Source of the DNA: a virus
IMG/VR virus record: IMGVR_UViG_3300025072_002799
Coordinates: 47,203-111,202 of that record
Strand: one strand, 5' to 3'
Length of the DNA: 64,000 bases
Shown here: in pieces, positions 29,246 to 39,510 of the stretch
Numbering within the stretch: the stretch's first letter is position 1
How the letters are laid out: every line of letters begins with the position of its first letter
The notes under the pieces: generated by a model
The model's input: only the letters and a program-made list of their open reading frames with translations
Told to the model about the DNA's origin: nothing
The model's database searches: none
Made by a program: the position numbers and the translations under genes

Positions 29246-30418
29246 TTAATTATGGTTGTGTTCCTCGCCACCAAAAGGAGATTCTGGGTGGCCGTGATCA
29301 TGCGTGTATTCCATTTCTTCGAATGAAGCATGGTCAAATACAGGAGTTTTTTCTGATTGACATATTTGCCAAATCAAATCAAAGCAATATTTAGAAACTT
29401 GCTCTACTCCCTGATAATCTATCTTATCAGCAGTATCATCTGGCGTGTGGTAATATCGGTGAAGCCCCGTATGCAAAAAAGCCACTGGGACTCTTTTATT
29501 ATAGAAGGAGGCATGGTCCGATCCTCCACCCTTTCTGCTGGTGATCTGTTTTGCAAAAGCGTACTTGCTGTTGAGTCCATCAATTATACGACTTATATCA
29601 ACAGAACTATCTCCTCCATGAAACCCTGCAAAGTAAGCTCCCTTACCAAGATAACCAACCATGTCTAGATTAACCATCGCAACATGCTTTGTCATACTAG
29701 GTGAGTTTATCGGAAATTTAGGATTGTTGCAATAAAATCTAGAACCATGTAATCCCATTTCTTCGGCTGAGTACCACTGAAACACAATGGTTCTTTTGTT
29801 TTTGCCTTTAAGGATTGAAACCGCTTTTGCCATTGCAAGCAAAGCCGTAGATCCTGATGCATTATCGTCCGCACCATGATGAACTTCTGTGGTTCTTCCG
29901 CGAGACATGGACGGACCATATCCTACGTGATCTAGATGAGCGCCAACAACAACGATTTCGTCTTTTAATTCTGGGTCGTTTCCTTCAACCCACGCATATA
30001 CGTTATTGCACCAATCGTCGCCCACTTCTCTGTTCGGTCCAGGGTTTATTCCGCTAATCCTACGTCCAATATCTTTGGATGTGAATTTGTGGAACATAAC
30101 ATTCAGTCCCCATTCTTCGCACTTTTTCTTTACGAAGTCTTCTGCTTTCCTATGACCCCTCTTTCCAGTCATTCGACCTTCAAGATCATCTGATGCTAAG
30201 TAATAAAGATTTTTCTTTATTTCATCTTCTTTGATAGAATCTAAAGCATCGGAAAAGGTCTTTGGCTTAGGAACTTCAACCTCAACTTCAGGAGTAACCT
30301 CTGGAGTGACTTGAGGAGGATCAACAACATCAACCCTATTCATTAAAGCCATGCCAACAATGCCGATTGCTAGTAAAACAACTACCAATAACAACTGATT
30401 TTTATTTACGCCCATCAT
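29246..30418 (-). CDS. Secreted M28 family aminopeptidase
   Basis: Signal anchor; GAHLDH, GADDNASG, AEEMGLHGS, NLDMVG, SDHASF, YHTPDD. Confidence 0.95.
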   Translation of the reverse strand: MMGVNKNQLLLVVVLLAIGIVGMALMNRVDVVDPPQVTPEVTPEVEVEVPKPKTFSDALDSIKEDEIKKNLYYLASDDLEGRMTGKRGHRKAEDFVKKKCEEWGLNVMFHKFTSKDIGRRISGINPGPNREVGDDWCNNVYAWVEGNDPELKDEIVVVGAHLDHVGYGPSMSRGRTTEVHHGADDNASGSTALLAMAKAVSILKGKNKRTIVFQWYSAEEMGLHGSRFYCNNPKFPINSPSMTKHVAMVNLDMVGYLGKGAYFAGFHGGDSSVDISRIIDGLNSKYAFAKQITSRKGGGSDHASFYNKRVPVAFLHTGLHRYYHTPDDTADKIDYQGVEQVSKYCFDLIWQICQSEKTPVFDHASFEEMEYTHDHGHPESPFGGEEHNHN

Positions 30419-30480
30419 TACTCCGTTTCTGTTGTGGATTTAGGAGTAAATTCTATCGAGCGCAGGATAGAGAATCAATG

Positions 30481-30669
30481 CTATTTTTCTTTTTTCCATA
30501 AGTTTTTTAAAATATTCCATCCTTTCTTAAAGATGTTCACCGCAATAAAGCTAATTACTGCTTTAATTCCTTCTAAAAAAATGAAAGTAATAACCGCAAT
30601 TGTTGTTGGAGATGAAATAAATTCCTTCTTTTCCAATTCATTTTCTTCGTTTAAGTGTTCGTCTGCCAT
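30481..30669 (-). CDS. Small membrane protein
   Basis: 62 aa, hydrophobic stretch, AGGAGG SD. Confidence 0.65.
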   Translation of the reverse strand: MADEHLNEENELEKKEFISSPTTIAVITFIFLEGIKAVISFIAVNIFKKGWNILKNLWKKEK

Positions 30670-30736
30670 TTGTCCTCCTTAAAAGTGGCTTTACATACGC
30701 ATATATAAGTATTAACGTTTATGAAAGGACGATAGC

Positions 30737-32668
30737 ATGACAAATGAGAAAATTGAAAATAATGACGATGGGCATATCCCACGTCATGCGCCACCCGTAG
30801 ATAACGGCAAAGACTGGGCAAAATTAGGATTTCGTAGATTCGAGTCTTTTGCGGAGAAGTGGGAAGACTATTACGACTCTTTAGAAGATTTCTATACTAG
30901 CGAATTTGATCCAAATTATTTTAAATTTGAGCAATGGGAACTAGAAATTGATCCCAAAGAAACTGAAGATGATGTTGAAGCTTACGCTGATTATGACAGA
31001 CATGGAGAAGTCATTGAAACTGATAAAACAAGGGAAGAATGGCAAAAGTGCGCACAAAGCTTTCCTTACTTTTGTCATAAGTACGTAAAGATTGGGCACC
31101 CTAAAAGGGGGTTAGTTCCATTTAGGCTGTACAATTATCAGCGTCGAGTAATTGGAGAATACGACCAGCATCAGTTTAATATCATCTCAAAATTCCGACA
31201 AGGTGGATTAACGACAGTATCTTCTCTGTGGGGACTGTGGAGATGCATGTTTCGATTAGACCAAAATATTATGGTCTTATCAAAAACAGATCGTGAAGCT
31301 ATTGCTGCTGGAGAAATTGCTGCTAGAGCTTTGGAACACCTTCCGAAGTGGCTGAAGCCAAAATTTGGAAAAAACAATGACCACCAGCGACAATTTAAGG
31401 AAACTGGTTGCTGGCTTTATTTCTACACGCCCGAAGCTGCTCGTGGTAAATCTATTACATATTTGATCATTGACGAAGCTGCGTTCATTAACGATATGCA
31501 TAGACACTGGAAATCCATGTATCCAACGCTCTCGACTGGGGGTAACTGTATTGTTGTCTCAACGGTTAATGGTATTGGTAATTGGTATGAAGACACCTAC
31601 ACAAGAGCAAAAGAGGGTCGAAATGAATTTAATATTATCGACCTTGATTATTACGAACATCCTGACTATCACGATGATGACTGGGTTCGAAAGACAAAGG
31701 CAAACTTAGGAGAAAAAGGTTGGAAGCAGGAAGTCCTTAGACACTTCCTTGGATCTGGTGAAACCTATATCAATAGCGAAATCATTGGCGAGTTGATGCA
31801 ATTAACTCAGAAAACGCCACCATCGAGAAAATTATTTACTAAATTCACCAATGCCGACAAAGACATTGATTACATGGATGAATTCAATCGTGGAGCATTA
31901 TGGGTGTGGAAGGAGCCAATAGATGGTCATGAATATATAATGGGAGTAGATTGCGCAGAGGGAATTGGAGAAGATAATGACAATAGCACATTTCAAATAC
32001 TTGATATGTCAACATTGGAACAAGTAGCAGAATTTTATTCAAATGTTACACCTCCTCATGTATTTGCACAAATAGTTAATGAAGTTGGAGTTATGTACAA
32101 TACAGCAATTGTTGTTGTTGAAGCTGCTGCCCCTGCTGGTGGTGCCGTACTAAATAGCCTTCACCATAAATTATATTATGAAAACCTTTATTGGGACACC
32201 GGAAAAACAAGAGCTTCCGGTCCTGGCTTAAAGTCAAACCAAGCTGTACGACCAGTTATTTTGGAATGCATGTCATCTAGACTTCTTGACAAAACTCTAA
32301 AACTATATAGCACGCGATTAGTTGATGAAATAAAGACATTTATCTACAATGGTCAAAAAAGAAGGGCTGAGGCTTTGGCTGGTAAGCACGATGATGCAAT
32401 TATGGCTTTATGCATTGCATTGTATGCTAGAGAGTCCATGTCAAGGGACGTTCCAGTTGGATCAGAGATGCCAGATGAACTTCAAAGTGTTTTGGACTCG
32501 TCAGTTTACAAAGAAATTAAAGAAGAGTTGAAACGTGGCGCTCCTATAAATTGGCTAGAAGATGATGGATCGGACGAAGATTTACTCGGATATAATGAAG
32601 ATCAGAACGCACTTTGGGATTATAAGCCTAAATATCATAAACTACTTAGAGAATTTGGATGGTGGTAA
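30737..32668 (+). CDS. terL: Terminase large subunit (T4 gp17-like)
   Basis: FRLYNYQ, KFRQGGLTT, LIIDEAAF, VSTVNG, MGVDCAEG, HDDAIMA. Confidence 0.96.
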   Translation: MTNEKIENNDDGHIPRHAPPVDNGKDWAKLGFRRFESFAEKWEDYYDSLEDFYTSEFDPNYFKFEQWELEIDPKETEDDVEAYADYDRHGEVIETDKTREEWQKCAQSFPYFCHKYVKIGHPKRGLVPFRLYNYQRRVIGEYDQHQFNIISKFRQGGLTTVSSLWGLWRCMFRLDQNIMVLSKTDREAIAAGEIAARALEHLPKWLKPKFGKNNDHQRQFKETGCWLYFYTPEAARGKSITYLIIDEAAFINDMHRHWKSMYPTLSTGGNCIVVSTVNGIGNWYEDTYTRAKEGRNEFNIIDLDYYEHPDYHDDDWVRKTKANLGEKGWKQEVLRHFLGSGETYINSEIIGELMQLTQKTPPSRKLFTKFTNADKDIDYMDEFNRGALWVWKEPIDGHEYIMGVDCAEGIGEDNDNSTFQILDMSTLEQVAEFYSNVTPPHVFAQIVNEVGVMYNTAIVVVEAAAPAGGAVLNSLHHKLYYENLYWDTGKTRASGPGLKSNQAVRPVILECMSSRLLDKTLKLYSTRLVDEIKTFIYNGQKRRAEALAGKHDDAIMALCIALYARESMSRDVPVGSEMPDELQSVLDSSVYKEIKEELKRGAPINWLEDDGSDEDLLGYNEDQNALWDYKPKYHKLLREFGWW

Positions 32669-32853
32669 TGAGATCATATGACGAATGGATTAATGAAAAT
32701 ACAGAAATTGGGGGCGTAAATTTATCTTTAAATAATGTCCATAGAGCCATTTCAAACATATCTAATCCTGGGTTAAAATCAGAGGTTACGGAAGAGTTGA
32801 ACAAATTTCAAGAATCGCTCAACAGACTGATGGAGAAATATTCCCAACAATGA
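32668..32853 (+). CDS. Small putative internal head protein
   Basis: MRSYDEWINE start overlapping the terL stop. Confidence 0.6.
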   Translation: MRSYDEWINENTEIGGVNLSLNNVHRAISNISNPGLKSEVTEELNKFQESLNRLMEKYSQQ

Positions 32854-33179
32854 AAAATAACACAGAATCCTCTAAATCTAAACTTTTGAGTGCAATACAG
32901 TCATTGCCACAAGACTTCGCATTGACTGAAGCAAGACAGTTAATGAACTCGGCGCTTCAAAAGATTGAGATTGTAGAACAAAAAAGATCAAAAAGAGAAT
33001 TAAAAAATACGCCCCACGCAGAGTGGCAGGGGTCTATTTCTAACGGCATAACCAATCCTCTTGACTACAATCAAACTGTTCAAACAATTGACCAGATGAT
33101 TGCAGAAGAGAAGGCTAAATTAGAAACTCTGAAAGAGAACAGAAAGAATGTTGGTGATGAAGGGCAAATCAATGATTAA
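32850..33179 (+). CDS. Hypothetical helical protein
   Basis: 109 aa, ATGA-coupled. Confidence 0.65.
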   Translation: MKNNTESSKSKLLSAIQSLPQDFALTEARQLMNSALQKIEIVEQKRSKRELKNTPHAEWQGSISNGITNPLDYNQTVQTIDQMIAEEKAKLETLKENRKNVGDEGQIND

Positions 33180-33181
33180 TC

Positions 33182-33496
33182 CTACAGTTCATGATATGTT
33201 GTATGATGTCTAATTTCTAGAAACTTAATTCCTTCTTCTTTTAGCAACTTATTCAACTCAATTACTTCTTCTCTTTGGATGAAAATAAAACTTATACAAA
33301 TGGCGTCTATTACTTTAATGTCAGTATCTAAATGTTCGCAAAATTCATCAGATTTGATTCGTGAATCTAACCATCCTTCTTTAGAACCAAATGTAGTTAG
33401 TTTATACCCAGTTCTTAGGTCGCTTAACCCTTTGATATGATCTCTGTTCAATTTGCTTATTGTTAAAGCCAATTTGTTAATATTCATTTCATTCAT
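33182..33496 (-). CDS. Hypothetical protein
   Basis: 104 aa, coupled to the phosphatase. Confidence 0.55.
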   Translation of the reverse strand: MNEMNINKLALTISKLNRDHIKGLSDLRTGYKLTTFGSKEGWLDSRIKSDEFCEHLDTDIKVIDAICISFIFIQREEVIELNKLLKEEGIKFLEIRHHTTYHEL

Positions 33497-34046
33497 TTTG
33501 CGCCTTTTTCATAATTCCATGAACTAATATGTTGGGCGAATAAAGTTTATCGAAGAATTTAGAAAACTCTGGCTGTAATTCTTCAGACATCGCCTTTCCC
33601 ACTGCTGTGGACCTAGAAACTCCAGCATTGCAGTGAATCATCAGCAAATCAACTGAATCCCAATTCTTGCGTACAAATGATACGATCTCATTGGCTTGTT
33701 CATCTGAAATTTGTTGCATATTAGGTCGCGGCAAATCTATGTCATCAAATTCCAACCTAAGAAGATCTATACGATTTTCTTCGCTAATGGGCAATTTATT
33801 GTGAGGCATATCACCTCCTGGGTCTGAAATACTTATGCAAGCCCATGGCTTATCGTATTTGAACTTTGTTGCTGAACGTCTATTTAAAATTAAAATTTTG
33901 CCTAGAACACGCCTTTCAAAAAAGACTGGGGCGTTAATTAATTTCTTTTCCAATTCCTTTTCAGCTTCTTCCATAAGAACTAATTTCCTTTCTGCCTTTT
34001 CTGACAGTTGTTTAATTATATCCAACTCTTCTTCTGAAAACATCAC
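33489..34046 (-). CDS. Protein tyrosine/dual-specificity phosphatase-like
   Basis: ISISDP, LEFDD, IHCNAGVSRS (CX5R). Confidence 0.9.
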   Translation of the reverse strand: MMFSEEELDIIKQLSEKAERKLVLMEEAEKELEKKLINAPVFFERRVLGKILILNRRSATKFKYDKPWACISISDPGGDMPHNKLPISEENRIDLLRLEFDDIDLPRPNMQQISDEQANEIVSFVRKNWDSVDLLMIHCNAGVSRSTAVGKAMSEELQPEFSKFFDKLYSPNILVHGIMKKAQNE

Positions 34047-34636
34047 ACCATCCTCAAATCTAATTTTCTCATATAGCCATAATATTTTTCATAAGCCTTT
34101 TGTGCTTTGTCTATAAAGGACTTATGAATAGTGCCACTCATTTCTCTTGGCTCAAGATCCATATATTCCAATGGTTCTTCAAGTTCCAAATATTCTTCAA
34201 CAAGATTTAATCCTTCTTTCTTTACTAGATTATTCCATGTGAGAAACACGGCACCAGGAGTCATTTCTGCTAGTTGAGCAATTCTTCTCATGCGAAACAG
34301 ATAGTGATTTAATGCTGACGTTGGCGTATGTGTGCCAAAATCCACCATTTCATGCAATGAATTCAATGGTGGACGTATGAAGTAGACGAATTTTGAAAAA
34401 TCGACAACACCTTTATGAGAAAGCATTGAATTCATCAAAAGAGGGGTCATATAAGTTGCCAATGGGCTGTCACTTTTGTGTTCATTCATCATTAGAAGTC
34501 CCATAATTTCGTTGGGGTGTGAGAATGTATATTCAGTGATAATTGTTTGAACTAATGGGTTCCTATCCATTAGCTCAAATATAGCCTCATAGCCCGATCC
34601 GAAGTGGCTGGTAATAAATAAAAGTCTTTTCATCAA
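34043..34636 (-). CDS. Sulfotransferase-like P-loop protein (divergent)
   Basis: FITSHFGSG..L.RNP, YFIRPPL, LTWNNL echo the 5'PSB/3'PB motifs. Confidence 0.45.
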   Translation of the reverse strand: MMKRLLFITSHFGSGYEAIFELMDRNPLVQTIITEYTFSHPNEIMGLLMMNEHKSDSPLATYMTPLLMNSMLSHKGVVDFSKFVYFIRPPLNSLHEMVDFGTHTPTSALNHYLFRMRRIAQLAEMTPGAVFLTWNNLVKKEGLNLVEEYLELEEPLEYMDLEPREMSGTIHKSFIDKAQKAYEKYYGYMRKLDLRMV

Positions 34637-34689
34637 AATAAAGGAGTATTTTAATAACTATATTAGTCAATTAGAAAAAGGAAAATATT

Positions 34690-37335
34690 ATGGCTTGGTG
34701 GGATTTCTACAAATTATGGTCTTATACTAGAAGACAAGACCCGTTTTCACAAAAACTTCAAAACATAAACATTAGCGGTGCAGGCGTAACACAGCCTGAC
34801 GCTATACCAGATGTTCGTCAAGGTGGCGAATTCTGGAGTGGTTCAAAAGGAGTCATCCGTATGCGGGACTCCAATGATTTTGTTGATTTATCTACGGTTC
34901 AGAATCGCGTTTCTAGATATAAAGAATACGAACGATTAAGAGCAATGCCTGAAATAGAGACTGTAATGCAGATCTTTTCAGACGAAGCATGTGTGGCTGG
35001 CAATACTAAAATTGCCACCCTTGAGCATGGACTCAAGACAATTGCATGGCTTGAAGAACACAAAAGAGGCGAAAGATTCCCTGTTTACTGCTGGGATTTC
35101 TCAAAAGGAGATTACACAATCGGTTGGGCTTCCGAACCTCGTGTTGTAAAAGAAGCGGAGACAGTAAGAGTTAAATTTGATAATGGAGATGCAATTGTCT
35201 GTACCAAAGACCACAGATTCCTCTTAAGAGATGGAACATGGGCAGAGGCAGGCGATTTGGGCTTGGGATCTGAAACCATGCCATTCTACAGACTCAAGGC
35301 TGATACGTTCCTAACAGAAAATAAAAGAAGACAATTTCCTCGCATCTTTACATTCAAAGATGGATGGAAGCATGAGAGATGGTTTGTAAATCAGTGGAGA
35401 GATGGAGAGGTTGACCCACATACTCAAAAGTTGATGGAAATCATACAGATGATTGGTGCTGGGCTTAATACCCGTCAAATAGAAGCAAAGACAAGTCACC
35501 AATGGTGTACAATTAAAAAATGGCTAGAAAAAGAAGGCTTTAATTGGAAAGACCTACAGATCCTTTACAAAAAGAAGGACCGTCGTAGAGTTATAGATGT
35601 AGAGCCTTGGACAACTCAAAAGGTTTATGATCTCTCAGTTGAAAAGCATGAAAACTTCTGTACTGACTCTTGCGTTTTGCACAATTGCCAGAAAAATGAT
35701 GAAGGACATGTAATTGACATACACTGTTCGAATAAGAAAATAAAAGATGAACTAGAGTTCCTTTTCTACCATCGAGACATGTTGAACATCAATCGAAGGT
35801 TGTGGAGTTGGGCGAAAAATTTATTTATCTTTGGCGATTTCTTTATTGAATGCATATTGAATCCAGACAACCCTAAGGCTGGAATATTAAAGGTTCTGCC
35901 CTTACCTCCTGAAAGTGTATTCAGAATTGAAACCACAAAAGGAAAGTTGATTGAATTTCAACAAGGAAAAGAAGGTCCAGACTTCCAAGCGTTAACAAGA
36001 GCGCCTATTACGCAATCTACGGAGGCAGAACTTCAACAGTCAACAGCATTAAGATTCCATCCAGACCAAATCATCCATATGAAAATTGGCGAAGATAGAA
36101 ACGCATTTTATCCATACGGAGTGTCTTTGGTCGAATCCGCAAGGGGTCCAGCACATCAATTGAGATTGATGGAAGATGCTATGGTCGTATATCGCCTCAC
36201 GAGAGCGCCTGAAAGACGTGTATTTTACGTTGATGTCGGTCAATTGCCTCCATTTAAAGCAGAAGCTTTCATGGAACGCATGAAAGACATGTATCGTAAA
36301 AAGAAGGTTACTGGAAGAGGAAACAGAGAAGGTGGAAATGCTGTCGAAGAAAGATGGCACGCACCCGCTCAAGATGAAGATTTCTGGATTCCAATTAGAC
36401 CAAATACAAACACTCGTGTTGAAACTCTCCCAGGTGCTCAAAACTTAGGAGAAATTGACGATGCAGTTTACTTTAGAAATAAATTATTCACCGCTTTGCA
36501 ATTCCCAAAAAATTACTTAACTCAGGAAGACCCTGGACAGACAAGAATTACACTTTCTGCGCAAGATGTTAAATTTGCTCGAACTGTGGAAAGATTGCAA
36601 GATCCTATGACTGATGGACTAGTAGAAATTGCTCACAGACACTTGAGTTTGCGCGGGTTCCCAGAAGAAATGTTCGATGATTTGAAAATTAAAATGACGC
36701 CCCCATCTGATTGGCGAGAGCTAAGTAGAGCGGAAGTTATTACAAATCGTTTGAACAATGCAAGTAATCTCAAGGGATCTCAATTAATGCCTGACTATGA
36801 TATTTATATCGACTGGCTTAAGTTAGCACCTGAGGAAGCAGAAGAAAAATTGTCTCGTCTTAAGATCCAAAAACTTGAAGATCTAAAACTTCAAGTTCTG
36901 GCTTCTAATCCAGCACTATTAGGTGTTGGACAGCCTGGACAAAGCGATATGGAAGTTGGGGCTGATGGAGCAGGACCAAACCCAATGATGGGACCAGAAG
37001 GGGGAATGCCACCAGGAGGAGAAATGGGTGGGATGCCAGGAATGCCACCAGGAGGAGGAGGAATGCCACCTGGAGGACCGCCGCCTACAATGGCTATGTC
37101 TGATGGTGGACCACCTCCTGTGCCAGGAGCAGAGGGACAAGATCCTAATCAAATGCCGCCTGATCCTAATATGCAAGATCCAAACCAGCAAATGCCACAA
37201 GGACCTGGAACAATGCCAGCACAGCCAATAGCTTTGCCTGATGTCGAAAAAGAAGACATAAAGAAATATGATCTTGAAATTCAAGATTATGAGTCTGAGC
37301 AGGATGCTGAAGATGTTGATTATAGCGAAATGTAA
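34690..37335 (+). CDS. Portal protein (T4 gp20-like) with intein and Pro/Gly/Met-rich C-terminus
   Basis: QLRLMEDAMVVYRLTRAPERRVFYVDVGQLP, EDFWIP, TLPGAQNLGEIDD. Confidence 0.96.
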   Translation: MAWWDFYKLWSYTRRQDPFSQKLQNINISGAGVTQPDAIPDVRQGGEFWSGSKGVIRMRDSNDFVDLSTVQNRVSRYKEYERLRAMPEIETVMQIFSDEACVAGNTKIATLEHGLKTIAWLEEHKRGERFPVYCWDFSKGDYTIGWASEPRVVKEAETVRVKFDNGDAIVCTKDHRFLLRDGTWAEAGDLGLGSETMPFYRLKADTFLTENKRRQFPRIFTFKDGWKHERWFVNQWRDGEVDPHTQKLMEIIQMIGAGLNTRQIEAKTSHQWCTIKKWLEKEGFNWKDLQILYKKKDRRRVIDVEPWTTQKVYDLSVEKHENFCTDSCVLHNCQKNDEGHVIDIHCSNKKIKDELEFLFYHRDMLNINRRLWSWAKNLFIFGDFFIECILNPDNPKAGILKVLPLPPESVFRIETTKGKLIEFQQGKEGPDFQALTRAPITQSTEAELQQSTALRFHPDQIIHMKIGEDRNAFYPYGVSLVESARGPAHQLRLMEDAMVVYRLTRAPERRVFYVDVGQLPPFKAEAFMERMKDMYRKKKVTGRGNREGGNAVEERWHAPAQDEDFWIPIRPNTNTRVETLPGAQNLGEIDDAVYFRNKLFTALQFPKNYLTQEDPGQTRITLSAQDVKFARTVERLQDPMTDGLVEIAHRHLSLRGFPEEMFDDLKIKMTPPSDWRELSRAEVITNRLNNASNLKGSQLMPDYDIYIDWLKLAPEEAEEKLSRLKIQKLEDLKLQVLASNPALLGVGQPGQSDMEVGADGAGPNPMMGPEGGMPPGGEMGGMPGMPPGGGGMPPGGPPPTMAMSDGGPPPVPGAEGQDPNQMPPDPNMQDPNQQMPQGPGTMPAQPIALPDVEKEDIKKYDLEIQDYESEQDAEDVDYSEM
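34990..35685 (+). mobile_element. Intein (232 aa) in the portal
   Basis: Begins CVAGNTKI; block B CTKDHRFL; block F VYDLSVEKHENF; ends VLHN followed by Cys +1. Confidence 0.93.
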
Positions 37336-37343
37336 AAAAAAAT

Positions 37344-37381
37344 TGGGGGGCGTAAAATTAAAATTAAAACGCCCCCCTTTT
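37344..37381. terminator. Terminator hairpin between convergent genes
   Basis: ggggggcgt...acgcccccc-ttt. Confidence 0.7.
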
Positions 37382-37385
37382 GATT

Positions 37386-39020
37386 TTAAAGATTAATTCC
37401 TCTCCAACTAGCTTGTTCTATAACTTCGTCATTGAAGTGTTCTTCGTCGAATTCATAATGTTCACGATCATCGAACGAAAATTTCATCGTACTTGCCACA
37501 TCGTGTTCATCTGCGTCGAAATTAGGGCTGTTATAAATTTCTTTCAATGAATCTACATTTACACAAAGCTCGAAAGGATATTCTCGCCCCTTCTTCGTAA
37601 CTTGGTATCCATCTTTGAAAATTCTAACATAAAAATGTCCATCTAAATCTTCCAATTGCTTAACTGCATCACTATATTCAGCCGCTTGTGACCCCCATTC
37701 CCATCCACGATAGGCAGCATCTTTTATGGCAGATTCAAGATCATCATCTTCCGCTATCTTCTCTTCTAAGCTTATATCATCATTCCAGAACTCTATATCT
37801 CCATCTTTCTCTTTTTGATCTAGGTAAGATTCAATTTTCTTTATATTTTCTTTGCTCAAATTTCCAATAGCTTCACTCATGTCAACATCATACCGTCTGT
37901 CAAAATTCGGGTTATCAAGATTGCTTAAATTAGATCTAAAATTAGCCCCATGACCTTCAAGACCTTTTTGGGTGTCTTCCCAATCCGACCAACTATCAAG
38001 CACAACAAATCTTTCTTTTCCTACAGTCCTAACGTTTTCCATAGATGTGCCTGGGAACAGATTTTGTATCCTGCCCATAAGATCTTCATCATTTTTTGAA
38101 GATCCCATCAAATAATCAAAAGGCTGATCCATATAAGGCTTTGCTTTAATAATTTTGTTTCTAATGACTTCATCTAAATCATTCATTCCAAAATTAGCCT
38201 CTGGCATATATCCTCCACCTTTAATAGATTCCACATATTTCGACATTAACAATGGAACAATCGCTGGGTGAAATTGGGGTGATGGCTTGTGGTTTCCATG
38301 CCCTTTCATCTCTCCAAGGACTTTATTATTCACAATAAAGGTCAAATGAACTCTATTTCCTTCATCCCTCAAAGAAAGTATGTTATCTCCTTCTCTTTCG
38401 CCAGCATTTCCGCAATGACCTCCTGCGTCAGCTTCATATCTGCAAGAGCCTCTACCTAAAGACAGCCATTTCCAACCTTTGAAGCCGGGGACTTTATCGA
38501 GGTTTATGATTGTATTCCCTTCACCGCCGGGAATTCTTTTTTTGGACGCCAACAATTCGTGCCAATGCTTGGAATCAGCACTCAGCATTTCTGGGGCGTA
38601 TGATGGGTCGTTTAATTTTGATAGTGCCGCAGCGTTCCCTGTATTGATTGCGTTAATAAGATAGTCCCCACTTTCTTCCATCCAACGCCTTGCACTATTG
38701 TAGCCTACAGCAGAGATAGCTCGAAACATCTCTTCTATCTTGGAGGGGTCTTTCTCTTGTTGAAGAGACTGTAAAAATTCATTATTATTTAAAGAAAAAT
38801 AGTGCAAAGACCAATACACGTAATAATTTACAAGTTTATCAAGCTGTTTTATGGCTGCTGGCTGCTTTAGAGCAGGGTATGCTGCCATTAAGTTGTTCCT
38901 ATATTCCTTCCTAAGAACCTTAACTCCTGCAACTGGCCACTGTTTAGATGTTTTAAGAAGTTGCGAAATAGCCTGAGATTCTATTAAAAATTGTTTAAAA
39001 TTAAGCTCAAGGGAAAACAT
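37386..39020 (-). CDS. Putative internal head protein with PcfJ-like domain
   Basis: Start MFSLELNFKQFLIE; GHCG...LSLRD...HLTF...GEMKGHGNHKP. Confidence 0.65.
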   Translation of the reverse strand: MFSLELNFKQFLIESQAISQLLKTSKQWPVAGVKVLRKEYRNNLMAAYPALKQPAAIKQLDKLVNYYVYWSLHYFSLNNNEFLQSLQQEKDPSKIEEMFRAISAVGYNSARRWMEESGDYLINAINTGNAAALSKLNDPSYAPEMLSADSKHWHELLASKKRIPGGEGNTIINLDKVPGFKGWKWLSLGRGSCRYEADAGGHCGNAGEREGDNILSLRDEGNRVHLTFIVNNKVLGEMKGHGNHKPSPQFHPAIVPLLMSKYVESIKGGGYMPEANFGMNDLDEVIRNKIIKAKPYMDQPFDYLMGSSKNDEDLMGRIQNLFPGTSMENVRTVGKERFVVLDSWSDWEDTQKGLEGHGANFRSNLSNLDNPNFDRRYDVDMSEAIGNLSKENIKKIESYLDQKEKDGDIEFWNDDISLEEKIAEDDDLESAIKDAAYRGWEWGSQAAEYSDAVKQLEDLDGHFYVRIFKDGYQVTKKGREYPFELCVNVDSLKEIYNSPNFDADEHDVASTMKFSFDDREHYEFDEEHFNDEVIEQASWRGINL

Positions 39021-39021
39021 T

Positions 39022-39363
39022 TTATTCTCCTTCTCCTCCGCCATCTCCTTGATCCCCAGCATTGTCAACCGAAGATGGTACTATCTCATCATCGGGTGGT
39101 CCGTTTTCTTTGTTGTTTGCTCCAGAGACATCGCCTAATCCCTTCTCAGAATCTTCTAATTCCCTATTTATTTCCTCATCTCCAAGGCTTTTAAGAAAGT
39201 CAACAGTCTTGTTTTTATATCCCTTTTTGACCGCCAATTCTATAACACTATTGAGACAATCTGAATTTTCATTCGCTGTCTCTATTCTCTGATCATTGTT
39301 CTGGAACTCGTCATTTTCATATAAACAGTCCATTGAGACAACGTATTGCGTAAAGGATTTCAT
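39022..39363 (-). CDS. Small acidic putative internal/core protein
   Basis: Start MKSFTQYV. Confidence 0.6.
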   Translation of the reverse strand: MKSFTQYVVSMDCLYENDEFQNNDQRIETANENSDCLNSVIELAVKKGYKNKTVDFLKSLGDEEINRELEDSEKGLGDVSGANNKENGPPDDEIVPSSVDNAGDQGDGGGEGE

Positions 39364-39510
39364 AGTATTTCCGTTCGTTTTTGGGCTTACATGCATACTA
39401 TATATGTAGCGAAAGTTTTGGTATTAAATTAATATTCATAAAAACACGCACAAATTAAAACACAGTTGCTTTAATATATTGAAAACAATCCGGCGAGGAG
39501 TTAAAAAGCT

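Noticed and set aside
31189-31215. Terminase Walker A lacking Lys (RQGGLTT) as inactivation
   Set aside because: Deviant RQxGx(S/T)T motifs are common in T4-like terminases and all other motifs are intact
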